Positions 1 to 13,042 of a stretch of DNA of 64,000 nucleotides are shown here, piece after piece. The notes beneath the pieces are model-generated. The model was not told where the DNA came from and ran no database searches. It saw nothing but the letters and a program-made list of their open reading frames with translations. Source of the DNA: the human T2T-CHM13v2.0 reference genome, Homo sapiens; the NCBI RefSeq assembly GCF_009914755.1, contig NC_060944.1; one strand, written 5' to 3'. Every line of letters starts with the position of its first letter. Position 1 is the first letter of the stretch. A program made the position numbers and the translations under genes.

Positions 1-1230
1 AGTGCAATGCATTTCTGTCAGCAGATTTTCTATTAGATTGTGTCATTTATTTTCCAAGCCAGTGTGTGGTGCTTATGGATAAGAACCAGCTAAGGCTGAT
101 GCAGATGGGGCATATACTTGATCTTTGTTTATGGCGAGATGCTTTCTGTTGCCTCAGGCAATGGGCTATGTTGTGGAATGCACAGTGGTGTGAGCTCCCT
201 GTACAGTCCTGGACTGAGGGAACAAGTTGGTTGGGGCCAGAGAATGCAGACATGCCTACATGTCTGCCAGTGGTAAGGGCAAACACTAGCTCTGAGGGCA
301 GATAAAGAGGCAGCTGCAAAACATCCAGAGATGTGCCTGGGTATGGAGGGGATAACCCTCTGCTGCCCGAAGTTCTCTGCCTGGAAAGGGAGTGGTAACC
401 TACCCTTCTAATCTTGAAAAGTGAGTACTCCACATGCCTGAAGATATGTCCAGGCATGGAGCATAGTGGGTGCTGCTGATTCAAGACCTATGCACCTGAA
501 GGGAGGGGTGGCTGAGGCTCCTAATCCAGGTGAGAAGGTTCTCCAAATGCCTGGGAATGTGCCTAGCATGGAGTGGAGAGGGTGCTGCTGCAGAAAGATC
601 TCTGCATGAGAAGGGAAGGGCAGCTCAGATTCCTATTCCGGGTAAGTGGGTCCTCAAAATGCCTGGAAGTATCCCTGAGCATGACAGAGAGGGCACTGCT
701 GTCCCAAGATTTCCACACAGGACAAGAGAAGTGACTCAGGATTGCAGTCCAGTAGAGCAGGTGTGCTGAATGCTTGGAACTATGCCTTAGAGTGGAGTAG
801 AAAGGCACAGATGCACCAAGATCTCCGCATTAGAAGGGAAAGGCAACTTATGCTCCTAATCCAGGTGAGGGGGCACACTGAATTCTTGAAATTATGCCTG
901 GTTGTGGAATGAAGAGGGTGCTTCTATACCAAGATGTCTGCACGGGAATGGAAGGGTGACCCAGGGTCTTAATCTAGGTGAGCAAATGGGCCAAATGCCT
1001 GGAAATATGCCCCTCAGTGAGGAACAAAAAAATTTGCTTCAGAGCAGTGAAATGGCTATTGCAACAAGGTCTTTGCAGGAAAGGCTGCTAGGCCCTTATT
1101 TCAGGAAGTGGAAGTGTTGAATGCTGGGAAATATGCCCAGGCTTGGACCTGAGGGGGTTTGTTGCTTTGCCAAGTTATTTGCAAGATAAGGGAGCTGTGG
1201 CCCACACTCCCAATTCAGACCAGCAGCTCT
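1..1230 (-). mobile_element. Old L1 (L1PB/L1M-type) 5'UTR fragment with ~112-bp tandem monomers
   Basis: CTCCTAATCCAGG-like motif recurs near 406, 518, 630, 853, 967 and 1092; reverse-complement similarity to the L1 5' region at 34680-35400. Confidence 0.6.
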
Positions 1231-1285
1231 GTCTTTGAGTATGCTCTGTAGGCCCATGAGAAGAATGTATGTTCTGTGGTTGATG

Positions 1286-1972
1286 TGAGAGGTGAAGACA
1301 GCTAGGCTTCTGGGTCAGGTGGGGACTTGGAGAACTCTTCTGTCTAGCTAAAGGATTGTCAATGCACCAATCAATGCTCTGTGTCCAGCTAAAGGTTTGT
1401 AAATGCACCAGTCAGCACTCTGTAAAAACAGACCAATCAGCACTCTGTAAAATGGACCAATAAGCTCTCTGTAAAATGGACCAGTCAGCAGGATGTGGGT
1501 GGGGCCAAATAAGGTAATAAAAGCTGGCCACCTGAGCCAGCAGCTGCTACCTGGTCAGGTTGCCTTGCATGCTGTGGAGGCTTTGTTCTTTTGCTCTTCA
1601 CGATAAATCTTACTGCTGCTCACTCTTTGCATCTGCACTACCTTTATGAGCTGTAACCCTCACCATGAAGGTCTGCAGTTTCACTCCTGAAGTCAGTGAG
1701 ACCATGAACCCACCAGGAGGAATGAACAACTCCAGATGCGCCACCTTTAAGAGCTGTAACACTCACTGTGAAGGTCTGCGGCTTCACTTCTGAAGTCAGC
1801 AAGACCACAAATCCAGCAGAAGGAAGAAACTCCAGACATATCTGAACTTCAGAAGGAACAACTCTGGACACACCATCTTTAAGAACTGTAACACTCACCA
1901 TGAGGGTCCACGGCTTCATTCTTGAAGTCAGCAAGACCAAGAACCCACCAGAAAGAACCAATTCTGGACACA
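1286..1972 (+). mobile_element. 5' LTR12
   Basis: TGAGAGGTGAAG...GGACACA; tandem ACCAATCAGCACTCTG CCAAT repeats; U5 repeats. Confidence 0.9.
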
Positions 1973-1975
1973 TTT

Positions 1976-1993
1976 TGGTGATCATGAAGGCAC
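1976..1993 (+). promoter_or_regulatory. Primer-binding site (tRNA-Arg type), decayed
   Basis: TGGTGATCATGAAGGCAC vs expected TGGCGACCACGAAGGGAC directly after the 5' LTR. Confidence 0.7.
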
Positions 1994-3228
1994 TATTGCC
2001 TATGACCAAGCAGTGAGTACCATCGGACCCCTTTTGCTATTTATTCTGTCCTATTTTTCCTTAGAATTTGGGTGCTAAATACTGGGCACCTGTCGGCCTG
2101 TTAAAAGTGACTAGCGCAGCCACCAGACTAAAGACATGGGTGTCAGGCTTTCTGGGAAAGGGCTCTCTAACAACCCCCAACTCTTTGAAGCTGGGAGCGT
2201 TGGTTTGCCTGGAACCAGCTTCCACTTTTCCTGTACTTCTGGGCTGAGCTGGGGGTCAACAGAGAGGAAAGCCATTCAGCTCTCAGGGTCAACAAGTTGG
2301 TTGACCCTGAAGCCATGAGTGGAACTCTCAAAGTCATGTCGCCCAAGCAAGACTCGCCCATCTATCCTATCTATCCTATCTCTCCTGACCCTTGCCTCCT
2401 GGATTCTAATGCTTGTCAGACAAACTTCCTCTCACCTCTCTTCTCTGAGGCTAGTCCCACTTCTAAAAACTACTCCCTATCTCTGGTGCTTTTCTAATTT
2501 CTCCTGTAAGAGTGATTTCTAGTATAAACTTCAGGACTCTGTTACCTTCTTTAGGCTCCCTGGTTCACCAATCAGAAAGACATAATTTTTGCCCAAAGCC
2601 CCATCACAGGGGGTACTATCTGGAATTTTAGGATCCCTCCTCAGACAAGCAGGCCTAATGAAGCTATTCTGGAAGCTAGGATATGGGGAGCTTCAGAAAT
2701 GATATCCTTCCTATTCATATAACTGAGGACAAAAAGGCATCACTCTTCCAACTCTGATGATCCCTCCCCTCCCTCAGGATACGGCCCCCCACTTCATTTT
2801 TCAGGCATAACATCTTTATAGGACAGGGTTAAAGTCCCAATACTAACAGGAGAATGCTTAGGACTAACAGGTTTTCAAGAACGTGTTGGTAAGGGCCACT
2901 AAATCCAATTTTTCTCAGTCTTCTTTGTGGTCTAGGAGGAAAGGCAAGGGTGCAGGTTTTCAAGAATGCATTGGTAAGGGCCACTAAATCTGACCTCCCT
3001 CAGTCCTCCTAGTGGAAGAAAACTAGTGTTTCTATTGCTGTGTCGGTGAGTGAAACTATTCCAATCAGCAGGGTCCAGGGACTGTTGCGTGTTCTTGGGC
3101 AAGAGGTGTTTCTGCTGCTGCATCAGTGAGTGCAACTATTCCAATCAGCAGATTCCAATGACCATTGTGGGTTCTTGGGCAGGGGGAGAAACAAGCAAAC
3201 CAAAACCATGGGCAGTTTTGTCTTTCAG

Positions 3229-4684
3229 ATGGGAAACACTCAGGCATCAACAGACTCACCCTTGAAATGCATCCTAAGCCATTGGGACCAATTTGACCCA
3301 CAAACCCTGAAAAAGAGGTGGCTCATTTTTTTCTGCAATATGGCCTGTCCCCAATATTCCCTCTCTGAAGGGGAAAGTGGCCACCTGATGGAAGTATAAA
3401 TTACAATACTATCCTGCAGCTTGACCATTTCTGTAAGAAGGAAGACAAACGGAGTGAAATACCTTATGCCCAAGCTTTCTTTACATTGAAGGAGAATACA
3501 CAACTATGCAAAGCTTACAATTTACATCCCACAGGAGGACCTTTCAGGTTACCCCCATATCCTAGCCTCCCTATAGCTCCCCTTCCTATTAATGATAAGC
3601 CTCCTCTAATCTCCCCCACTGAGAAGGAAATAGGCAACCAAATCTCCAAAGGACCACAAAAACCCCTGGGCTATCAGTTATGCCCCCTTCAAGCTGTAGG
3701 GGGAGGGGAATTTTGCCCAACCCAGGTACATGTCCCTTTGTCCCTCTCTGATTTAAAGCAGATCAAGACAGACCTGGGGAAGTTTTCAGATGATCCTGAT
3801 AGTTACATAGATGTCCTACAGGGCCTAAGGCAAACCTTCAATCTCACTTGGAGAGATGTCATGCTATTATTAGATCAAATCCTGGCCTTTAATGAAAAGA
3901 ATGCAGCTTTATCTTCAGCCAAAGAGTTTGGAGATACCTGGTATCTTACTCAAGTAAATGATAGAATGACAGCTGAAGAAAGGGACAAATTCCCTACTGC
4001 TCAGCAAGCCATCCCCAGTAGGGCTCCCCACTGGGACCTCAACTCAGATCATGGAGACTGGAGTCACAAACATCTGTTAACCTGTGTTCTAGAAGGAGTA
4101 AGGAGAATGAGGAAAAAGCCCATGAATTATTCAGTGATGTCCACCATGTCAGGGAAAGGAAGAAAATGCTTCTGCCTCCCTCAAGCAGCTACGGGAGGCC
4201 TTAAGAAAATATACTCCCCTGTCACCCAACTCACTGGAGGGTCAATTGATCCTAAAAGAGAAGTTTATTACCCAATCAGCTGCAAACATCAGGAGAAAGC
4301 TCCAAAAGTAAGCCATGGGCCCTGAACAAAATCTGAAGGCATTATTAAACCTGGCAACTTCAGTGTTCTATAATAGGGACCAAGAGGAACAGGCCCAAAA
4401 GGAAAAGCAAAATCAGAGAAAGGCCACAGCTTTAGTCATGGCCTCAGACAAACAAACACTGGTGGTTCAGAGAGGACAGAAAATGGAGCAGGCCAATCAC
4501 CAGGTAGCGCTTGTTATCAGTGTGGTTTACAAGGACACTTTTAAAAGATTGTCCTATGAGAAACAAGCTGCCTCCTCGTCCGTGTCCACTATGCCGAGGC
4601 AATCACTGGAAGGCACATTGCCCCAGAGTGCAATGGTTCTCTGGGCCAGAAGCCCCCAATCAGATGATCCAACAACAAGACTGA
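3229..4684 (+). pseudogene. ERV9 gag relic (frameshifted)
   Basis: MGNTQAS.. start, p30 capsid-like DLGKFSDDPD..., broken CYQCGLQGH zinc knuckle at ~4512, TGA at 4682. Confidence 0.85.
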
Positions 4685-5925
4685 GGGTGCCCGGGGCAAG
4701 TGCCAGCTCATGTCATTACTCTCACTGAACCCCGGGTATGTATAACCATTGAGGGCCTGGAAATTGACTTCCTCCTGGACACTGGCACAGCTTTGTCAGT
4801 GTTAATCTACTGTTCTGGACAGCTGTCCTCAAGGTCTGTTACCATCTGAGGAATCCCGGGACAGGTATTTCTCCCACTTCCTCAGTTGTAATTGGGAGAC
4901 TTTGCTCTTTTCACATGTCTTTCTTGTTATGCCTGAAAGTTCCATACCCTTATTAGGGAGGGATATATTAGCCAAAGCTGCAGCTATTATTTACATGAAT
5001 ATGGGGGAAAAGTTACCCATTTGTTGTCCCCTGCTTGAGGAGGGAATCAACCCTGAAGTCTGGGCATTGGAAGGAACAAACTCAAGCTCCAGCCTTAAAC
5101 CTTCCCACAGGACAAAACTTCTCTTTATACATCACAAGGAGAGCAGGAATAGCTCTTGGAGTCCTTACTCAGACTCGTGGGACAACCCCACATCAGTGGC
5201 ATACTTAATTAAGGAAGTTGATGTGGTAGCAAAAGGCTGGCCTCACCATTTATGGGTGGTTGTGGTGGTGGCCATCTTAGTGTTAGAGGTTATCAAAATA
5301 ATACAAGGAAAGGATCTCACTGTCTGGACTACTCATGATGTAAATGACATACTAGGTGCCAAAGGAAGTTTATGGTTATCAGACAACCATCTACTTAGAT
5401 ACCAGGCCCTACTCTTTGAGGGACTGGTGCTTCAAATATGTACATGCATGGCCCTCAACCCTGCCACTTTTCTCCCAGAGGATGATGAGCCAATCAAGCA
5501 TGACTGCCAACAAATTATAGTCCAGATTTATGCCACCTGAGATGATCTCTTAGAAGTCCCCTTAACTAATCCTGACCTTAACCTATATACTGATGGAAGT
5601 TCATCTGTGGAGAATGGGATATGAAGGGCAGGTTATGCCATAGTAACAGTACTTGAAAGTAAGGCCTCTTCCCCCAGGGACCAGCGCCCAGTCAGCAGAA
5701 CTAGTGGCATTTACCCAAGCTTTAGAACTGGGAAAGGGAAGAAGAATAAATATGTATACAAATAGCAAGTATGCTTATCTAATCCTACATGCCCATGCTG
5801 CAATCTGGAAAGAAAGGAAGAACCCCCATTAAATACTACAAGGAAGCCATGGAGTTATTGCATGCAGTGCAAAAATCCAAGGAGGTGGCAGTCTTACACT
5901 GCCAAACCCATCAAAAGGGGAAGGA
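4685..5925 (+). pseudogene. ERV9 pro-pol relic; RT core and integrase missing
   Basis: LLDTG at 4772-4786; abrupt junction at ~5075; RNaseH YTDGSS at 5586; no YxDD motif seen. Confidence 0.8.
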
Positions 5926-5974
5926 GAGGGGAGAACAGCAGCATAAGCAGCTGGCAGAGGCAGGGAAAGACCAG

Positions 5975-6256
5975 CAGAAAGGAAAGAGAGAAAGAGACAG
6001 AAAGTTAGAGAAAGAGACAGAGAGAGGAAGAGAGAGAGAAAAAAGGAGTCAGAGAGAAAGAAAGAAAGAGACAAAGTCAAAGAGACAGAGGAAGAGAGAG
6101 AGACAAAGAGGGAGTCAGAAGAGAGAAAAAGAGAGACACAGAAAGTCAAAGAGAGAGAGGAAGAGACAGACAAAGAGAGAAACAAAGAGAAAGACAAAGA
6201 AAGAGAGAGACAAAGAAATCAAAGAGAAAGAGAGATAGAAGTAGTAAAGAAAAAAG
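5975..6256 (+). repeat. AG-rich low-complexity tract inside the provirus
   Basis: (GA)n/(GACA)n-type, almost purely purine stretch. Confidence 0.9.
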
Positions 6257-6989
6257 TGTACCCTATTCCTTTAAAAGCCAGGGTGAAATTAAAACCTATA
6301 ATTGATAAATGAAGGTTTTCTCTGTAACCCTATAACACTCCAATACCACCTTGTCAATGTAAACAAGGGTGTAGCCTGAAAGCACTGAGGCCACTGACAA
6401 CCTGTAGCCTTCCTATCAAAAATCCTTAACCCAGTAGGTTTCCTAACAGGGGATCTAAATCTTAATTAATTACTATACAAAGGTCCGACCAGATCTAGGA
6501 AGAACTCTCTTCAGGATAGGAGGATAGATGGTTCCTCCCAGGTGATTAAGGAAAAAGACACAATGGGTATTCAGTAAGTGATAAGGAAAATCATAGAATC
6601 AGAATTAGGAAAATTTTCTAATAATTGATCTGCTCAAGGGTGCGAGCTGTTTGCACTAACCCAAACCTTAAAGTACTTACAGAATCAGGAAGGAGCCATC
6701 CATACCAGTTCTAAGTTAATATGGACTGAACGAGGTCTTATTAATAGTGAAGAATAATTGAAATTCCAAACTTAAAAGGTTTTCAACAAAAGTAAAGTTT
6801 GCTAAAAGTTAACAGTGTAAACATATATTATCCTAACTTCTAGTCTTGTGAAATCAGACACTATCAGTACCCTATAACTGATATTATAGCCCAAGTATAA
6901 TTGACATTATAGCTCAATTACCCTATAACTGATATTAAAGCTCAAGTCCGTCAGTGCAGAGCTATACAACTAATACCCCTACTTACAGG

Positions 6990-7300
6990 GTTAGGAATGG
7001 CTACTGCTACATGAACCAGAATAGCCAGTATATTTACTTCATTATCCTACTACCACACACTCTCAAAGGATTTCTCAGACAGTTTGTAAGAAATAGCGAA
7101 ATCTATCCTTACTCTACAACCCCAAACAGAGTCTTTGGCAGCCATGACTCTCCAAAACCACCGAGGCCTAGACATCCTCACTGCTGAGAAAGGAGGACTC
7201 TGTACCTTCTTAGGGGAAGAGTGTTGTTTTTACACTAACCAGTCAGGGATAGTACAAGTTGCCACTCAGCATTGACAGAAAAAGCCTTCTGAAATCAGAT
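6990..7300 (+). pseudogene. ERV9 env TM relic
   Basis: From 7150: LQNHRGLDILTAEKGGLCTFLGEECCFYTNQSGIV (immunosuppressive domain + CX6CC). Confidence 0.85.
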
Positions 7301-7529
7301 AACACTTTTCTGATGTTCTTACATATGGAAACCCAAATGAGCTCAACTAACAACTTCTACCAAGGACCCCTGGACTGACCCGCTGGCCCTTTCACTGGCC
7401 TAAAGAGTTCACATCTGGAGGACACTACAACTTCAGGGTCCCTTCTTTGCCCCTATCCAGCAGGAAGTAGCTACAGTGGTCATCACTGAATTCCCAACAG
7501 CAGTTGTGGTGTCCTGTTTGAGGGGGGAT

Positions 7530-8191
7530 TGACAGGTGAAGCCAGCTAGGCTTCTGGGTCAGGTGGGGACTTGGAGAACTTTTATGTGTAGCTAAAGGAT
7601 GGTAAATGCACCAATCAGCACTCTGTGTCTAGCTAAAGGTTTGTAAAGGCACCAATCAGCACTCTGTAAAAACAGACCAATCAGCACTCTGTAAAATGGA
7701 CCAATCAGCAGGTTGTGGGTGGGGCCAAATAAGGGAATAAAAGCTGGCCACCCCAGCCAGCAGTGGCAACCTGCTCGGGTCCCCTTCCACACTGTGGAAG
7801 CTTTGTTCTTTCACTCTTCACAATAAATCTTGCTGCTGCTCACTCTTTGGGTCCTCACTACCTTTATGAGCTGTAACCCTCACCACAACGGTCTGCAGCT
7901 TCACTCCTGAAGTCAGCGAGAGCACAAACCCACTGGGAGGAATGAACAACTCCAGACATGCCACCTTAAGAGCAGTAACACTCACTGTGAAGGTCTGCAG
8001 CTTCACTTCTGAAGTCAGCAAGACCACGAACCCACCAGAAGGAAGAAACTCCAGACATATATGAACATCTGAAGGAACAACTCCGGACACACCATCTTTA
8101 AGAACTGTAACACTCACTGCGAGGGTCCGCAGCTTTATTCTTGAAGTCGGCGAGACCAAGAACCCACCAGAAGGAACCAATTCAGGACACA
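7530..8191 (+). mobile_element. 3' LTR12
   Basis: Preceded by PPT GAGGGGGGAT; direct repeat of 1286-1972. Confidence 0.9.
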
Positions 8192-9341
<1,150 letters not shown>

Positions 9342-11800
9342 TTAGTGTCATGAAAATGTACTCACTAATATGGTATGTACAATAGCGCACCATGCATTTT
9401 GTTTTTATTTTGTTATTTTGTTTTTAATTTTACCCAAGTGAGACCCAAGTTGTTTTATTTTTTATGGGAATTTAATGGGTAGAATTTCTTGATTTTTCAC
9501 ATTTGTAGGGTGCAGACCTGCATAGTGAAACTACCCACAGCAAGGATGTATGCCTGTGAGTTGGCACAGAATCGGTGGATCAGACTTGGCCTTCAACCTC
9601 CTGTTATCCTGATGAAATTGCAAGCTCCAAACAACAGAGACACAACATTGACCAACAGTAAGATGCTTGAAGAAATATTTCTTTCAGGACAAACTCTGTG
9701 CATCCCATGAGGTAATCAATATAGTATATAGCTTACATTTGCACAATTTTGAAGCCCACTACAACAGTCAGAGTTTTTAAATGCTGTGTTTAGTGAGCAT
9801 TGTTGATACAGTCTTTAAGATCATCAATCTTAAGTCAAGAAAATTTAGAAAGTACCAAAATCTTAGCACTCACACGAAAGAAAACTGGAAGCTTTTCCAA
9901 ATTAGACAACAATCAGACAAATTTGCATAACATTACCTATATGAGTCTTGAAGCAGTAAGAAAATGTTATAATCCATGATTTTCACAAGTAGGATTGATT
10001 GTAGTATTTCATAATTTTGGATGATTGTATTATTTATCAGAATTTTAAAGTGATCAAACTTAGTGGAAAGACTGGTTTATCTTTCTGCTATATTTACAGA
10101 AAATTCTATTATAAAATCAATATCACGTGATGAAGCAAATAGTGACTCAATAGTTGAGTATGAAAACATAGAAATAACTGGTTACACTGTTGTGTCCACT
10201 AGTTAATAAAAATGTTATGTTAGTAAGTAAAAGGAACACAAATTAAGGAAAGGCAAATCTGCCCTTTCATCTGCAGGGTGGATGGATGGACTGATGAGGA
10301 CAAAGCCAGTGACATCATGAGCAGGAAACAATGTTTCTCTCAAGCTGCAGCTTCAAAATGTCAAACAGCCTCTTCCTTGGCTGACAACTGCTTTCTGACT
10401 CAACGGGAGACCTTGTTCTCCAACGTCAGGGGCTGTCAGAAACTTTGCTTATGAGTAAGAAGAACATCCCAGTTCTTGGAGGATCTACATCCACCTCTTC
10501 ACAGAAGCACAGAGCTACAGAGAAGGGGTTTCTGGATGGAACATTCCAAATCTGGCAGGACTTTATGGGTTCTAAGGACACAAGACCTAGGTCCACTTTG
10601 CAGAGCAGATTTGACACTGGCTGCTTTACACTAAGACCTGCCATGCTCTGAGTCCATCACTACAGCCTCAAAAATCCCTCCCCACAGTCTTATAATATTC
10701 TCTTTGCTTTGTTTTTTGAATCATCCCAGGTTGGTTGATGTGAATTTATTCCCTTTTTGCTACAAGCCAATAGTCTGTTGACTGCAAAATCAGTTTTGGT
10801 GACTGACTGCACTAAGATATATATTATTTTTCTGGAATTTGGGATGATTGTAGTATTTATTAGGACTTTAAGATGAGTAATTTGTTGTGACTTATTTCCT
10901 CTTCTTAAATAAACACTAACTTTTGTGCTTAGTTTCTGATTGGTTATATTATGCTATTTTTCATGCAGATAACTCTGTGTATTATGTAAGCCTTAGACCT
11001 CACGGAACTTGGGTTGTCTGTGGTCATAGTGCTGAGAATCCACCTGCCCAGGGAATGACTGCACTGGTTCCTGCTTCCCAGGCCTCCAATGGACTTATCC
11101 CTCCTTTCAGAGTGATTTGTTTATGCTGAAGTTGGAGTTTCTAACTTCAGCGGTTTTAGTCTTTTAGCAAGAATTTGTGACATTATTTTTGCTAAAGGAA
11201 CTCTTAGAAGGGGTGCAATATTTTCAAAACATGACCCTCATGAGACTTCTTTACTCCAAAGACCCAGTAGCTTCTGGACAGGGCCCAGACCCTCAGCTTG
11301 TTCCAGAAGAGAAAGACCCACATGCTCACCTTCAAGCCTCCCTGCCCCCAGCTCCCCTCCTAGGGAACAGACACACAGGGAGATGGTGGAGGGAGCCTTC
11401 TACAGAGCCAGACTTCCCCCTCCACTTTCCCAGGAAGAGAGATGTCAGAAAAGTTACTGGTTTACAGAAAATCACCTGTTCCTTGTGTCCTTGGATGGTG
11501 GTTGCTTATGTCAAGACAGACCCTTCCCCAGGTAGAGAACCATGAGGATCTCCATGCAGGGAAGACTTCACCCCTAACCACCATTCCCTGGCACCTGCTG
11601 TTCTGCTCTCAGCCCCTCTCTTCCAACAGAAGCCTAAATCAGTGTGTGTGACCCCCGACCACCTGACACTGGGTGAGGCCCAGACTCAGATCTCCTCAGC
11701 TCATGGCCTCCTGGGTGCTGCTTCACTTTCTTCAATCCAAAACCTTGGTTAAATCCCTTGGGGGTGGAGAGGAAATGAAGAACATGCGCCCCACTCTCCC
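9342..11800. repeat. Cystatin duplicon 3'-flank, copy 1 (paralogs 42115-44880 and 62600-64000)
   Basis: Long colinear similarity, e.g. CAGAAGCACAGAGCTACAGAGAAGGGGTTT in all three. Confidence 0.92.
9480..10200 (+). mobile_element. Degenerate hAT (Blackjack-like) DNA transposon relic, copy 1
   Basis: EAFPN*TTIRQICITLPI at 9888 and ERLVYLSAIFTENSIIKSISRDEA at 10066 resemble the hAT C-terminal dimerisation domain. Confidence 0.55.
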
Positions 11801-12414
11801 TGCTAGACCATTCTCCTCCTGGCTTTCTATGTGCGGCACATGGGGTGCTGGCCTCAGGGCTGTTTTGGCAGTTTCCCCTTTGTCTTTTCCCCCTCGGTGT
11901 TCATGGCAGCCACCCTTGGTCAACACAGCTCTAGGTATGGAAGATAGTTGAGAGCCCTTCCCAGAGGCACCTGCCCTGAGGGCTGCACCCCCTGCCCTGA
12001 AATGGCAAAGGGAAGGGCCTTGCAGGGTGGGCTGGGTCTTAGGACTGTAGCTTCTTCTTTGGAGCACAACTACCCACTATTCTAGAGAATGGTTTTGACA
12101 CTAAGGTGATGTTATTTATTAATTAAAACATCCTTTGTGAAAAAAATGAGTGTCCACTGTATGTCACTTTCATTTGTGTTTTAACTTCTCCATCCCTGTC
12201 AAGAAGCCTGACCTGAGTGCTTCTTTTAAATCCAAGTCCAGAGAAAGGGCGGCTGGATGTGAACGTGTAAAACTCTTCTAGGGCACAGCTTCCTAGCATA
12301 GGAGACAACCTCCCAGCATGGGCGCACCCTCCCAGGATGGATGACAGCAGTCTCTGCTTTCTCTGTGTGATGTTGCCCATCTTTTGTCTGGGTGGCATTT
12401 TTCCCAATCAGCTA

Positions 12415-12442
12415 TACACACTCACACACACACACACACACA
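12415..12442. repeat. (CA)n microsatellite
   Basis: Direct read. Confidence 0.9.
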
Positions 12443-12556
12443 AATTTGTGTTCTTTGTTTCCATGTAGGGGCCTAAAGTCTCTTGTGGAAAGAACCACAC
12501 ATCGATCGCTATCTATTTAGTGTCTAGGGCATTTGATGAGAGCAGCTCAGTCCCTG

Positions 12557-13042
12557 TAAGGAAGGAGACCACTGCTACTCCTGCTGCCCTCTTCCCTCCA
12601 CCTTGCCTAGTTCACAAGACAGGAGGAGAGAAAAAGCAAAAGGTTGGAAAAAAACAAAAGTAAGATAAATAGCCAGACAACCTTGGCACCACCACCTGGC
12701 TCTAGGAGTTAAAAAAAGTAGTAATAGTAACATCAACCCCTGACCCAAACTACTTGTGGTATCTGTAAATTCCAGACACTGTATGAAAAAAGCACTGTAA
12801 AACTTTTTGTTCTGTTAGCTGATGCATGTAGCCCCAGTCACGTTTCCCACGCTTGCTTGATGTATCATGACCCTTTCATGTGGACCCCTTAAAGCTGTAA
12901 GCCTATAAAAAGGCCAAGAATTTCTTTTTCCGGGAGCTTGGCTCTTAAGACGCAAGTCTGCTGATGCTCCCAGCCAAATAAAAACCTCTTCCTTCTTTAA
13001 TCTGGTGTCTGAGGACATTTATCTATGGCTCATCCTGCTACA
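12557..13042 (+). mobile_element. Solo LTR2B (HERV-E family)
   Basis: TAAGGAAGGAGACC...CCTGCTACA; TATAAAAA at 12904, AATAAA at 12977; TSD CCTG/CTTG. Confidence 0.82.

Larger units (their letters stand above)
1286..8191 (+). mobile_element. ERV9 (HERV9/LTR12) provirus, internally deleted and defective
   Basis: Two TG..CA LTRs, PBS, gag/pro/RNaseH/env relics, PPT; 4-bp TSD GATG/GATA; inserted into an L1. Confidence 0.92.

Noticed and set aside
3486-4325. 279-aa gag ORF as a domesticated capsid
   Set aside because: TTG start, flanking stops and frameshifts, out-of-frame C-terminus; no evidence of conservation
5789-6238. K/R/E-rich 149-aa ORF and antisense S/L/F-rich ORF
   Set aside because: Artefact of the AG low-complexity tract in the provirus
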